Assembly (NCBI GenBank): GCA_963731805.1
Contig: CAVSWY010000020.1
Location: 709,318 to 773,317, forward strand
Direction: 5' to 3'
From: an uncultured Alphaproteobacteria bacterium
Lineage (GTDB): Bacteria > Pseudomonadota > Alphaproteobacteria > Rhizobiales > Xanthobacteraceae
Length of the DNA: 64,000 nt
Under the pieces are notes generated by a model. The model was given only the letters and a program-made list of their open reading frames with translations. It did no database searches and had not been told where the DNA came from. Each line of letters opens with the position of its first letter. The stretch's first letter is position 1. Of the stretch, positions 24,946 to 35,387 are shown piece by piece. Position numbers and translations under genes: made by a program.

Positions 24946-26427
24946 ATGCCGGGCAAACCTCTGCAGTTCAGTCGTCGTTCGTTCCTCGCCGCCTCGGCCG
25001 CGCTGGCGGCCCGTCCTGCTGCTGCCGCGACGGCGCCTTCGTCTGGCCCGTTCGATGTCGTCATCGTCGGCGCCGGTGCCGCCGGGATCGCCGCCGCACG
25101 CCGGCTTGCCGCCGCCGGCCGGCGTTATGTCGTGATCGAAGCGACCGATCATGTCGGCGGCCGCTGTGTCACCGATATGAAGAGCTTCGGCGTGCCGTTC
25201 GATCGCGGCGCGCGTTGGATGTATTTGCCGGACTCCAATCCCGTGACCAAGCTCACGCCGGTGCGCGGCATCGACATCTATCCCGCGCCGCAAAGCCAGA
25301 AGGTGCGGATCGGCCTGCGTTATGCCCGCGAGGGCGAGCTGGAGGATTTCCTGACCGCCCAGGTTCGCGCCACGCGCGCCATCGACGAGGTGGCGCGCAA
25401 AGCCGACATTCCCTGCGAGCAGGCCATGCCGACCGATCTCGGCGACTGGCGCGCGACCATCGAATTCATGCTTGGCCCCTACACCTGCGCCAAGGATTTG
25501 CCGCAGGTGTCGTCGTTCGACTTTGCGCACGCTCGCGAGCGCAATGTTGCGACCTTCTGCAAGCAGGGATTCGGTGCGCTGGTCGCCGCGCTCGGCCAAG
25601 GCCTCAATATTCACCTGGCGACGCCGGCAACGGTGGTCGACACCAGAAGCGGCATCACGGTGGAAACCGCCAAAGGCGCGATCAACGCGCGCGCCGCCAT
25701 CGTCACCGTGCCGACCAATGTCGTCTCCTCGGGCGGGCTCAAGTTCAGCCCGGAGCTGGGCCATCATGAGATCGACGCCTTCGGCCGCATGTCGCTCGGC
25801 AGCTACGATCACATTGCGCTCGAGCTTCGCGGCAATCCTTTGGGCCTCGAAAGCGATGATCTGGTGTTGCAAAAATCGACCGATACGCACACCGCGGCGC
25901 TGCTTGCCAACGTATCCGGCACCGAGCTCTGCCTCGTCGACGTTGCCGGCGCATTCGGCCGCGATCTCTCGGCGCAAGGCGAGGCCGCGATGATCGATTT
26001 CGCCATCAATTGGCTGGCCGGGCTTTACGGCTCGGAGGTCAAAAGCGCGATCGGCCGCAAGCATGCTACACGCTGGGATGCCGAGCCCTATGCGCTCGGC
26101 GCTTGGTCGGCCGCCGTGCCCGGCAGCCAGTTCGCGCGCCGGCAATTGCTTGAGCCGATCGCCGACAATGTCTGGTATGCCGGCGAAGCCGCGCATGAAA
26201 CGTTATGGGGCACCGTGGGCGGCGCCTGGGAATCCGGCGAACGCGCCGCCGATGCGGTGCTGCACCAGATCGGCCCGGCCCGAGCGGCAGCGCCGGTGGA
26301 AGCTGAGGCAAAGCCGAAGCCGAAGCACAAGCCGGTTCACGCGCGCGCCGAACGCCGCGAGCCGCGCCATGAAAGCGAGCCGCAATATTACGGCGGCACG
26401 CCTAGCATCATTGCGCCGGAACGGTAA
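24946..26427 (+). CDS. Tat-exported flavin amine oxidase family protein
   Basis: Twin-arginine motif SRRSFLAASAALA, followed by DVVIVGAGAAGIAAARRL and the C-terminal YAGEA...GTVGGAWESG of the amine oxidase fold. Confidence 0.8.
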   Translation: MPGKPLQFSRRSFLAASAALAARPAAAATAPSSGPFDVVIVGAGAAGIAAARRLAAAGRRYVVIEATDHVGGRCVTDMKSFGVPFDRGARWMYLPDSNPVTKLTPVRGIDIYPAPQSQKVRIGLRYAREGELEDFLTAQVRATRAIDEVARKADIPCEQAMPTDLGDWRATIEFMLGPYTCAKDLPQVSSFDFAHARERNVATFCKQGFGALVAALGQGLNIHLATPATVVDTRSGITVETAKGAINARAAIVTVPTNVVSSGGLKFSPELGHHEIDAFGRMSLGSYDHIALELRGNPLGLESDDLVLQKSTDTHTAALLANVSGTELCLVDVAGAFGRDLSAQGEAAMIDFAINWLAGLYGSEVKSAIGRKHATRWDAEPYALGAWSAAVPGSQFARRQLLEPIADNVWYAGEAAHETLWGTVGGAWESGERAADAVLHQIGPARAAAPVEAEAKPKPKHKPVHARAERREPRHESEPQYYGGTPSIIAPER

Positions 26428-28854
26428 TTAGGCCCGCAGCTCGCCGCCGGTGCGCTTGTTGACCTCGCCGACGATTTTCGCCGCCAGCGCTTCGATCTCC
26501 GCATCGGTCATGGTCTTGTCGCGCGGCTGGATTGTCACGGCGATGGCGATGGATTTCTTGCCCGGCTCGATGCCTTGGCCCTCGTAAACGTCGAACACAC
26601 TGACGCCCGCGACGAGCTTGCGATCGGCCGATTGCGCGGCGCGCACGATATCGGCGGCTTTGACATTGCGGTCGACGACAAAGGCGAAATCGCGCTCGAC
26701 CGGCTGGAAGGGCGAGAGGTCCAGCGCCGACTTGGCACGCGTACCTTTCGTCTTCGGCTCGGGAATGCGCTCGAGGATCACTTCGAAGCCAACCAGCGGA
26801 CCTTTTGCATCGAGCGCTTGCAACGCGTTGGGATGCAGTTCACCGAAATGGCCGAGCACGTTCTGCGGCCCGATCTGAATTGTTCCGGAGCGCCCGGGGT
26901 GAAACCACGCCGGTCCGCCCGGCACCACTTGCAGCGCCTGCGGCGAAGCACCGGCCGCGGCGAGCACCGCGAGCGCATCGGCTTTGGCGTCGAAGGCGTC
27001 GACCTCGTTATTGAGATCGCGCTTCGACCACTGCCGACCGATTCCGGATGGCTTTGCCAGCGCGCGCCGGATGGCGGCGGCGGCGGTCAGCTGATCCTCC
27101 GGCCGGTCGCCGCGGAATACCTGCCCGACTTCGAACAGGCCAACGTCGGGGAAGCCGCGGTCGGCGTTCTTCTGCGCGGCAGCAACGAGCCCTGGAATAA
27201 GGCTTGGCCGCATATCGGAAAGGTCCGCCGCGATTGGATTGGCAAGCTTAAGCTCCGGCTTGCCGCCGCCGAACAGTTCGGCCGGTTTCGCGGGAATGAA
27301 CGACCAGGTCACCGCCTCGACCAGATTGCGCGCGGCGAGCGCGCGCTTGGCCTTGCGGGTGCGTAGTTAAATCGGCGTGAGCACCGGCTTGCGCGCCGCC
27401 TCGCCGCGCGGAAACGGCGTCGGCGGCACGCGGTCGACGCCGAGGATGCGCACCATCTCCTCGACGATATCGGCATTGCCTTCGACGTCGGGCCGCCACG
27501 ACGGCACCGCGATCTTGACGCGCTCGCCTTGCCCGGCGACGAAAAAACCGAGGCGTTCGAGCACGCGGCGCAATTCGGTGAGCGTCACGTCGAGCCCGGC
27601 GAGGCGCTCGAGCTCGGACTGCGGAAAATCGATGACATGCTCCAGCGGCTCGGCGCTGCCGGCGACGACGACTTCCGACGCCGCGCCGCCGCACAAATCC
27701 ATCACCATATGCGTCGCCAGTTCGAGGCCGGGCAGCATGAAGGCCGGATCGACGCCGCGCTCGAAGCGGTAGCGGGCGTCCGAATTGACGCCAAGTCTGC
27801 GGCCGGTCTGCGCAATGTTCATCGGCTGCCACAGCGCCGACTCGATCAAAACGTCAGTGGTGGTTTCCGAACAGCCGGTCTTTTCGCCGCCCATGATGCC
27901 GGCAAGCAATTCCACGCCGTCGTCGTCGGCAATCACGCACATGGTGTCGTCGAGCGTGTAGGTCTTGCCGTCGAGCGCCAGCAGCGTTTCGCTCAGCCGC
28001 GCGCGCCGTACCGTAAGATTGCCGTGCACCTTCGCGGCGTCGAACACGTGCAGCGGCCGGCCGCGGTCATAGGTGACAAAGTTGGTGATATCGACCAGCG
28101 CATTGATCGGGCGCAGGCCGATCGCAGTCAGCCGCTTTTGCAGCCATTCTGGCGACGGTCCGTTCTTGACGCCGCGCACTAGGCGTAGCCCGAAGGCTGG
28201 GCACAGCGACGGCGTCGAACCGAAATCGAGCGTGACCTTCACCGGACAGGGAAACCCACCTTTGACCTGCTTGATTGCCGGATCGATGAACTTGCCCATG
28301 TCGGCGGCGGCAAGGTCGCGCGCGATGCCGTGCACGCCCGTGGCGTCGCCGCGGTTCGGCGTCAGATTGATCTCGATCACCGGATCGTCGAGCCCGGCAT
28401 ATTTGGCATAAGGCTCGCCGATCGGGGCATCGTCCGGTAGATCGATAATGCCCTCGTGGTTATCGGAGATTTGCAGCTCGGCTTCCGACACCAGCATGCC
28501 GCGGCTTTCGACGTCGCGGATCTTGCCGACGCCAAGCGTGATGTTCTTGCCGGGAATGAAGGCGCCCGGCGGCGCGAACACGCTTTTCATGCCGGTGCGG
28601 GCATTGGGCGCACCGCAAACGACCTGGACGGGATCACCAGCGCCAGTATCGACCATGCATACCCTGAGACGATCCGCATTCGGATGATGCTTGGCGTCGA
28701 CCACACGCGCAATGACAAATGGCGCAAACTGCTTTGCCTTGTCCTCGATGCGCTCGACCTCGAGCCCGATCATGGTCAGCTTGTAGGCAAGCTCGCCGAG
28801 CGGACAATCGGTGTCGAGATGCTGCTTGAGCCAGGCGAGGGTGAATTTCATCAT
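26428..28854 (-). pseudogene. pheT: phenylalanine--tRNA ligase beta subunit, interrupted by one in-frame TAA (27369..27367)
   Basis: Track ORFs 27367..28854 (N-terminal 495 aa, [14 protein letters not shown]...) and 26428..27312 (C-terminal part) are in the same frame. The junction reads [33 protein letters not shown]. This may be a true split or a sequencing error. Confidence 0.7.
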
Positions 28855-28858
28855 GGCA

Positions 28859-29941
28859 TTACGGGCTCAATCCTCCCGCCAGCGTCGGGAAATCGAGCGG
28901 GCGGAAGCCGTAATGGTTGAGCCAACGCACGTCGGCCTCGAAGAAGGCGCGCAGGTCCGGCATGCCGTATTTGAGCATGGCGACGCGATCGATCCCCATG
29001 CCCCAGGCAAAGCCTTGATATTCGTCGGGATCGAGCCCGCAATTCTTCAGCACGTTCGGATGCACCATGCCGCAGCCGAGGATTTCCAGCCAATCGTTGC
29101 CTTCGCCGAAGCGGATTTCGCCCTTGTCGCGGCGGCACTGGATGTCGACTTCGAGCGACGGCTCGGTGAACGGAAAGAATGATGGCCTAAAGCGCATGCC
29201 AACGCGGTCGACCTCGAAGAACGCTTTGCAGAATTCCTCGAGGATCCATTTCAGATGGCCGAGATGCGAGCGCTTGTCGATGACGAGGCCCTCGATCTGG
29301 TGGAACATCGGCGTATGGGTCTGATCGCTGTCGCAGCGATAGGTGCGGCCGGGGATGATGACGCGGATCGGCGGCGTCTGCGTCAGCATGGTGCGCACCT
29401 GCACCGGCGAAGTGTGCGTGCGCAACAGCAGCCGCGAGCCGTCCGGCTTCGGATTGAAGAAGAACGTGTCGTGCATCGCCCGCGCCGGATGGTCTTCCGG
29501 AAAATTCAGCTTGGTGAAATTGTAATCGTCGGTCTCGATATCGGGACCCTCGGCGACGGCAAAGCCCATGTCGGCGAAGATCGCGGTGAGCTCGTCGACG
29601 ACCTGCGTAATCGGATGGACGCGGCCGATCTCGAACGGCGCGTCTCGCACCGGCAGCGTGACGTCGACGCTCTCGCTATTGAGCCGCTCGTTCAGCGCCA
29701 GATCCCTGAGCGCGTCGCGGCGAGCGGCAAGCGCGGCATTGACGCTATCCTTGAGTCCGTTGATGAGCGGACCCTGCGTTTTGCGCTCCTCGGGCGGTAG
29801 CGTGCCGAGCGTTTTCAGAAGCGCGGTGACCGAGCCGTTCTTGCCGAGCGCCGCCACCCGCACGGCTTCGAGCGCGGCTTCGTCGCCCGCAGCCGCGACC
29901 GCGGTGAGGGTATCCTGTTCGAGCTGCGCAATGTCGGCCAT
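28859..29941 (-). CDS. pheS: phenylalanine--tRNA ligase alpha subunit
   Basis: 360 aa with class II aaRS motifs ([22 protein letters not shown]). It lies immediately upstream of pheT. Confidence 0.95.
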   Translation of the reverse strand: MADIAQLEQDTLTAVAAAGDEAALEAVRVAALGKNGSVTALLKTLGTLPPEERKTQGPLINGLKDSVNAALAARRDALRDLALNERLNSESVDVTLPVRDAPFEIGRVHPITQVVDELTAIFADMGFAVAEGPDIETDDYNFTKLNFPEDHPARAMHDTFFFNPKPDGSRLLLRTHTSPVQVRTMLTQTPPIRVIIPGRTYRCDSDQTHTPMFHQIEGLVIDKRSHLGHLKWILEEFCKAFFEVDRVGMRFRPSFFPFTEPSLEVDIQCRRDKGEIRFGEGNDWLEILGCGMVHPNVLKNCGLDPDEYQGFAWGMGIDRVAMLKYGMPDLRAFFEADVRWLNHYGFRPLDFPTLAGGLSP

Positions 29942-29959
29942 CGTTGCTGGTCTCGGCGG

Positions 29960-30460
29960 TCAATCCGGCATGAACGGCAAATCGGTATCGGACGGTCGGC
30001 CGCCGGCCTGGGTCAGCATACCGTGCACCTGGCCGCGATGGTGGGTCTGGTGATTGAACATATGCGTGACAAGGACCCAGCGCGGCCGCGTCCATTCCCG
30101 CTTGGTGGCGCCGGAATAGTAGCTTAGATCGGCCGCCAACCAGGCATCGTCAACGGTATCGGCCCAGTCGAGAATTTTTTGGTCGAAGGCCGCGCGCTCG
30201 GACTTCAAATTCTCCCAGTCCGGATAAAGCGACACCGAGTCCGGGATGCCGACCGTCGGCCGCGGCAGATCGGTGAAGCGGCCCATCCAGCTGCGGTCGC
30301 CCCACAAGATATGGCTGAGCGTCTTATGGATGGAGCCGAACCACGCGCCGCGCTCGCGCCGCCGCTCTTCGTCAGGCAACCGGTCGGCAACGCCGTACAG
30401 GTTCTCGTTCTGCCAGCGATTGTAGCGCGCCATACGCTGCACATAGGCACGATCGATCAT
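29960..30460 (-). CDS. DinB family protein
   Basis: 166 aa. YNRWQNENLY...HILWGDRSW...HMFNHQTHHRGQV is the DinB/YfiT-like His triad pattern. It is inserted between rplT and pheS. Confidence 0.8.
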   Translation of the reverse strand: MIDRAYVQRMARYNRWQNENLYGVADRLPDEERRRERGAWFGSIHKTLSHILWGDRSWMGRFTDLPRPTVGIPDSVSLYPDWENLKSERAAFDQKILDWADTVDDAWLAADLSYYSGATKREWTRPRWVLVTHMFNHQTHHRGQVHGMLTQAGGRPSDTDLPFMPD

Positions 30461-30516
30461 GACGGTCCCTCTTAGCCGTCATGGCCGGGACAAGACCGGG
30501 CATGACAGCAGAGCAG

Positions 30517-30873
30517 TTATGCCAGCGCCGACTTGGCCTGTCCGACGATGGCCTCGAAAGCCGCCGGCTCAGTGATCGCGAGATCGGACAACACCTTGCG
30601 ATCGATCGTGATGCCGGCCTTGGCCAGTCCGGCGATGAAGCGGCTGTAATTGAGCCCGAAGGGGCGCACCGCCGCATTGAGGCGCTGGATCCACAGCGCC
30701 CGGAATGTGCGCTTGCGCCGCTTGCGGTCGCGAAAGGCGTATTGGTTCGCCTTCTCCACCGCCTGCTTGGCGATGCGGATGGTGTTCTTGCGGCGGCCGT
30801 AATAGCCCTTGGCGGCCTTGAGCACCTTCTTGTGCTTGGCATGGGATGTGACGCCGCGTTTGACGCGAGCCAT
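30517..30873 (-). CDS. rplT: 50S ribosomal protein L20
   Basis: [30 protein letters not shown] is the canonical L20 sequence. Confidence 0.95.
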   Translation of the reverse strand: MARVKRGVTSHAKHKKVLKAAKGYYGRRKNTIRIAKQAVEKANQYAFRDRKRRKRTFRALWIQRLNAAVRPFGLNYSRFIAGLAKAGITIDRKVLSDLAITEPAAFEAIVGQAKSALA

Positions 30874-30921
30874 GATCGATCTCCTTATAGAAAAAGTAGG
30901 ACGGAATGCCGGCGGCAGCGA

Positions 30922-31122
30922 TCAGCCGTTCGGCAAAAAATACTTTTTGATGTTGTCGCCGTCGGTCTTGAACAGCACATTGGTGCCGCGCAGCTGGCGG
31001 ATCTGCTTCTTGGTGCGCTTGATCATGCCGTGGCGCTTGCCCGACTGGGCGTAGAGGACTTTGCCCCCGCCGGTCACCTTGAAGCGCTTTTTAGCGCCGG
31101 ATTTGGTCTTGATCTTGGGCAT
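30922..31122 (-). CDS. rpmI: 50S ribosomal protein L35
   Basis: [22 protein letters not shown] is the canonical L35 sequence. Confidence 0.95.
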   Translation of the reverse strand: MPKIKTKSGAKKRFKVTGGGKVLYAQSGKRHGMIKRTKKQIRQLRGTNVLFKTDGDNIKKYFLPNG

Positions 31123-31344
31123 TTGGCTCTCCTTGGCCGCAAGCGCGAGCGCTCGGCAGGCCGAAAATGCTCAAAAATGAGCGGGTGTGCTTGGAGCACG
31201 TCGCGCCGCCACGGCAGCCCTTAATCAGCCGGGCGGCGAGAGGGCGCGGTTATGGCAGAGGGCGGGGATGAACGCAACACATTGAAGGTAATCGCAAAAG
31301 GCTGCGGGTTAACGGGGAGCAGCCCTGGCGAGGAACGACGCCGC

Positions 31345-31884
31345 TCAGCGCGGCGCCAGAACCATGACCACCTGGCGACCTTCGAAGCGCGGTTCCTGCT
31401 CGATCTTGGCGATTTTGACCGTATCGCCTTTGACCCGATCGAGGAGCTTATAGCCGAGCTCCTGATGCGCCATTTCGCGGCCGCGGAACCGCAGCGTCAC
31501 CTTGACCTTGTCGCCCTCCTGGAAAAAGCGCTCCATGGAGCGCATTTTCACGTCGTAATCGTGATCGTCGATCATCGGCCGGAGCTTTATCTCCTTGATC
31601 TCAACGACCTTCTGTTTCTTGCGCGCCTCGGCGGCCTTCTTTTGCGCCTGATATTTGTATTTGCCGTAATCGAGGATTTTGCAGACCGGGGGTACCGAAT
31701 TCGGCGCGATCTCCACCAGATCGAGCCCGGCCTCCTGCGCCATGGCGATGGCGGCGCCAATTTCCGTGACGCCCTTGTTGGCGCCGTCTTTATCGATGAG
31801 TTGGACCTCGCGAACGCGGATCTCCTCGTTGATGCGCGGCCCTTCCTTGGCGGCGGGCTGCGGCAGTCTGATGGGGCGACGAAT
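31345..31884 (-). CDS. infC: translation initiation factor IF-3 (ATT start)
   Basis: The track ORF starts at an internal Met. The frame stays open upstream through [39 protein letters not shown], which is the IF-3 N-domain. The ATT at 31884..31882 lies 9 nt after AAGGAG (31899..31894). Confidence 0.9.
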   Translation of the reverse strand: MRRPIRLPQPAAKEGPRINEEIRVREVQLIDKDGANKGVTEIGAAIAMAQEAGLDLVEIAPNSVPPVCKILDYGKYKYQAQKKAAEARKKQKVVEIKEIKLRPMIDDHDYDVKMRSMERFFQEGDKVKVTLRFRGREMAHQELGYKLLDRVKGDTVKIAKIEQEPRFEGRQVVMVLAPR

Positions 31885-32062
31885 GGGCCTTATCTCCTTT
31901 AAATCGTTGCTATGAACGGCGGAGGATCGAGAGTTTTTCGCTTCAAGTCAACGACAATGAGCGATGCAGGGCAGGTGTCGCATGGGCACGACGCTGGCTA
32001 GATAGGCCATGCCCGGATCATGATTTATGTTCGGTTGCTCCGGCTTGCGAATGTGGACCCCC

Positions 32063-32857
32063 ATGATCGATAACGGCCTGAAATTCCTGCATATTGGCGA
32101 GGGGGCCGAGCGCCGCGCAATCGCCGTGCGCGCGCAGGAGGGCGCTCCGCCGGGGCTCCTGTGGCTTGGCGGCTACAAATCCGACATGAAAGGCGAAAAG
32201 GCGCAGGCGCTCGCCGACTGGGCCGCGCAACAGCGCCGCGCCTGCATCCGGTTCGACTATTCCGGCCACGGCGAATCCGAGGGCGCGTTCACCGACGGCA
32301 CGATTGGCCGCTGGCTCACCGAAAGTCTCGGCGTTTTCGACGCCTGCAGCCACGGCCCGCAGATCCTGGTCGGCTCGTCGATGGGCGGCTGGATCGCGCT
32401 CCTTCTGGTGCGCGCGTTGCAGCGCCGCCGCGCGCTCGCGGCGGTGGGTACCGTGGCGCCGGCCAGCATCACCGGCCTGGTGCTGGTCGCCCCGGCGGTG
32501 GATTTCACCGAGGAACTAATGTGGAAGCGGTTCACGCCGGAGATCAAACGCGAGCTTGCCGAGACAGGCGTCTGGGCGCGGCCGTCGCAATATGCGCCGG
32601 AGCCCTATCTCGTCACCCGGCAATTGATCGAGGAAGGCCGCAATCATCTTCTTCTCGGTGGCATGATCGAATGCGGCTGCCCGGTGCGCATTCTGCAAGG
32701 CGTCGCTGACCCCGACGTGCCATGGCAGCATGCCAAAGCGCTGGTGGCGCGGCTCGCCTACGACGACGTCGTGCTCACGCTGGTCAAGGACGGCGATCAT
32801 CGGCTGTCCCGGCCGGAGGACATCGAGCGGCTGATCCGGGCGGTGGCGGAGTTTTAG
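32063..32857 (+). CDS. alpha/beta hydrolase
   Basis: GHGESEG and the nucleophile elbow GSSMGG, with a C-terminal DGDHRL. The start could be 32027, 32051 or 32063. Confidence 0.75.
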   Translation: MIDNGLKFLHIGEGAERRAIAVRAQEGAPPGLLWLGGYKSDMKGEKAQALADWAAQQRRACIRFDYSGHGESEGAFTDGTIGRWLTESLGVFDACSHGPQILVGSSMGGWIALLLVRALQRRRALAAVGTVAPASITGLVLVAPAVDFTEELMWKRFTPEIKRELAETGVWARPSQYAPEPYLVTRQLIEEGRNHLLLGGMIECGCPVRILQGVADPDVPWQHAKALVARLAYDDVVLTLVKDGDHRLSRPEDIERLIRAVAEF

Positions 32858-33034
32858 ACGCGCTCAGCCACGCCCGCCGCCATCTCTTCTTTGCAACACG
32901 ATCGGCCTCCGAAGGGCGATAATGACTTCGGCAAAACTCAGGCGCGGACGCGTGCCGTGAACAGGTTTGCCCGTCCACGCATCTACCGGGAAGGAAGATT
33001 GACAGACCGATAACGGCCAGCGCAAAACGCCCCT

Positions 33035-33136
33035 CTAGACAACGATCCGATCGAATTGAATCGGATCACTGTCTAGATGTTTTATTGGAGCATGATCTTT
33101 TCCGAAAACCGGTTTCCACTATTCGGGATCATGCTC
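33035..33136. repeat. REP/MITE-like nested palindromic intergenic element
   Basis: Hairpin 1 is CTAGACAACGATCCGAT-cgaattga-ATCGGATCACTGTCTAG (33035..33076). Hairpin 2 is GAGCATGATC...GATCATGCTC (33088..33136), enclosing the palindrome AAACCGGTTT. Confidence 0.55.
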
Positions 33137-33153
33137 AATCACCGGGATCATCA

Positions 33154-34674
33154 ATGAGCACAGAACGAAAGCCGGTTGTGTTTGGCGATTTACGCGGCTG
33201 GATAAAGGCGCTCGAAAGCGCCGGCGAATTGCAGCAGATCGACGCCGAGGTCGATTGGAATATCGAGCTCGGCACCATTGCGCGGCTGGCGCAAGGCGCC
33301 GGTACCGGTCCGGCGCTGCTGTTCAATAATATCCGCGATTACGGCGCCAATGCCCGTTGCCGCCAGGTGTTCACCGGCGGCCTGTCGAGCGCGCGCCGCG
33401 TCGCCATGATGCTCGGCCTGCCTCCCGACACCCATGCGCGCGAGCTCGTCAAAATCGGCCGCACGCTGCTCACCGGCAGCGTGCCGCCAAAGCTGGTGAA
33501 GACCGGTCCGGTGAAGGAGAACATCGTCAAGGGCGACGATGTCGATCTCTTGGAGCTCCCGGTGCCGCAATGGAATCGCGCCGACGGCGGCCGCTACATC
33601 ATGACTTACGGCGGCGTCGTCACCAAGGATCCCGATTCCGGCGTGATGAATGTCGGCATCTACCGCGGCATGGTCGGCGGCAAGGATCTGATCCCGATCC
33701 TGATGTGGCGCGCGCAGCATATCGGCCACCACGTCACCGCCTGGCAGCAGAAGGGCCACAAGGAAATGCCGATTGCTGTCGCGATCGGCTGGGAAGATTC
33801 GCTCGGTTTTGTCGCCGGCTCGCCGGTGCCGAAGGGGCTGTGCGAATACGACGTGATCGGCGCCGTGCGCGGCGCGCCGGTCGATCTCGTGCAATGTGAG
33901 ACGGTCGATCTGCAGGTGCCGGCCACGGCCGAGATCGTCATCGAAGGCTATCTCGGCCTCGATCCCGAAAGCTACGTGATGGAAGGCCCGTTTGCCGAAG
34001 TCACCGGCTACATCGCCGGCGACCGTTCGCCGAAACCCGCCATCCGGGTCACTTGCGTCACCCATCGCAACAAGCCGATCTTCCGCGGCACCATCGAAGG
34101 TTCGATGCCCGGCTGCTTTTCCGAGAACGGCGTGTGCTCGTCGATCATGCGCGCGGCGACCGCGTGGAACGTGCTCGATCGCGCCGGCGTGCCCGGCATC
34201 ACCGACGTGTGGTGTCCGCCGGTGCAGGCCGGCGTCAACATCGTGGTGCAGATCAAGCAGAGCTATCGCGGCCAAGCCAAGCAGGTCGCCAATGCGCTAT
34301 GGGGCTCGTCGGCCGGCCACGTCCGCTACAAGCACGTCACCGTGGTCGACGACGACATCGACATCCACGATTACGCCGCGGTCGATTGGGCCATCGCCTA
34401 TCGCGTTAATGCCGGCGAGGACGACATCGTCATCATGCCGGCGACGTTCGGGCTCGGCCTCGATCCATCGACGCGCAAGCGCGATCGCAATACGTCGCTA
34501 TACGGCACCGGCAAGTGGAATCGGGTTCTGATCGATGCCACCATGAATCTCGATTACGACCCCGATCCGGATTTCGGCGGCGCACGTTTCCCACCGATGG
34601 TATGGCCGACGCCCGAAGACATGGCCGCCGTCAAGGCACGCTGGAGCGAGTTGGGGCTGGATAAGAAGAAATAA
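33154..34674 (+). CDS. UbiD family decarboxylase
   Basis: About 506 aa. DLRGWIKALESAGELQQIDAEVDWNIELG is a typical UbiD N-terminus, and the similarity runs the full length. The start is set after the palindromic element. Confidence 0.85.
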   Translation: MSTERKPVVFGDLRGWIKALESAGELQQIDAEVDWNIELGTIARLAQGAGTGPALLFNNIRDYGANARCRQVFTGGLSSARRVAMMLGLPPDTHARELVKIGRTLLTGSVPPKLVKTGPVKENIVKGDDVDLLELPVPQWNRADGGRYIMTYGGVVTKDPDSGVMNVGIYRGMVGGKDLIPILMWRAQHIGHHVTAWQQKGHKEMPIAVAIGWEDSLGFVAGSPVPKGLCEYDVIGAVRGAPVDLVQCETVDLQVPATAEIVIEGYLGLDPESYVMEGPFAEVTGYIAGDRSPKPAIRVTCVTHRNKPIFRGTIEGSMPGCFSENGVCSSIMRAATAWNVLDRAGVPGITDVWCPPVQAGVNIVVQIKQSYRGQAKQVANALWGSSAGHVRYKHVTVVDDDIDIHDYAAVDWAIAYRVNAGEDDIVIMPATFGLGLDPSTRKRDRNTSLYGTGKWNRVLIDATMNLDYDPDPDFGGARFPPMVWPTPEDMAAVKARWSELGLDKKK

Positions 34675-35259
34675 TTACTCCACCGGCAGCAGCGGCCTGC
34701 CTTCCGCAACCTGCATGTCAAATGCCGCGAGCAAAATTGCGGTGCCGGCGTAATTGCCCATCAGCAGAACGAGATCGACCAGCTTGTTCGGCGCGAACAA
34801 AGCTTTCAGCCGCGCGAAGGCTTCGGACGTCACCTTGTGCTTGCCGACCACCTGACGGCCGAATTCGATGATCGCGGCGTCGAGTTCGCTCAAACCTTCC
34901 GTGCTCTTGCGATACTTGATCACGTCAACGACATTCTGCGGAACGCCGACCGTCAGCGCTTCGGGCTCGTGCGCCGCCCATTCGAACCGGCTATCCATCT
35001 CGCGCGCCACCGTGAGGATCGCGATTTCACGCAGTTTGGGATCGAAGCCGGCCTCGTGGCGCAGATAGTGGTTGATGGTCGTATGCGCCTCGACCGTCTT
35101 GGTGCTGTAAAGGTGAAGGCCCGCCGGGCCGCGCAGGCCGACGATGGTTTTGCCCGGCGTATTGGCGCGGTCGTAGGCGCGTTTGCCGACCTCGTCCAAA
35201 TCCTCGCGCTTGCGCAGCGGCAGGCGGCAGCCCGATTGCGGATTGATGTCTGACGGCAT
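34675..35259 (-). CDS. carboxymuconolactone decarboxylase family protein
   Basis: 194 aa with an AhpD-like helical pattern. It is a paralogue-like relative of 846..1418. Confidence 0.75.
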   Translation of the reverse strand: MPSDINPQSGCRLPLRKREDLDEVGKRAYDRANTPGKTIVGLRGPAGLHLYSTKTVEAHTTINHYLRHEAGFDPKLREIAILTVAREMDSRFEWAAHEPEALTVGVPQNVVDVIKYRKSTEGLSELDAAIIEFGRQVVGKHKVTSEAFARLKALFAPNKLVDLVLLMGNYAGTAILLAAFDMQVAEGRPLLPVE

Positions 35260-35387
35260 TTCACTCCCCGATTTCGCTTCAGTGGCGTTGCGGCACGAAC
35301 GGCGAGTTTATCGCGAGCGAATGCGATGTTGCCAGCCTGTTGCGTTTACGGGATCATCCGCCGACAAAAACGGATGAGGGAGGTTGA

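Noticed and set aside
27367-27369. TAA reassigned as a sense codon or recoding signal
   Set aside because: Many well-supported genes in the window terminate at TAA at the expected position, for example the integrase, the amine oxidase, UbiD, pheS and pheT itself. I saw no downstream recoding structure.
33085-33153. N-terminal extension of the UbiD ORF (MEHDLFRKPVSTIRDHAQSPGSS)
   Set aside because: It is encoded by the palindromic REP-like element, not by UbiD-like sequence. The true start is taken as the ATG at 33154.
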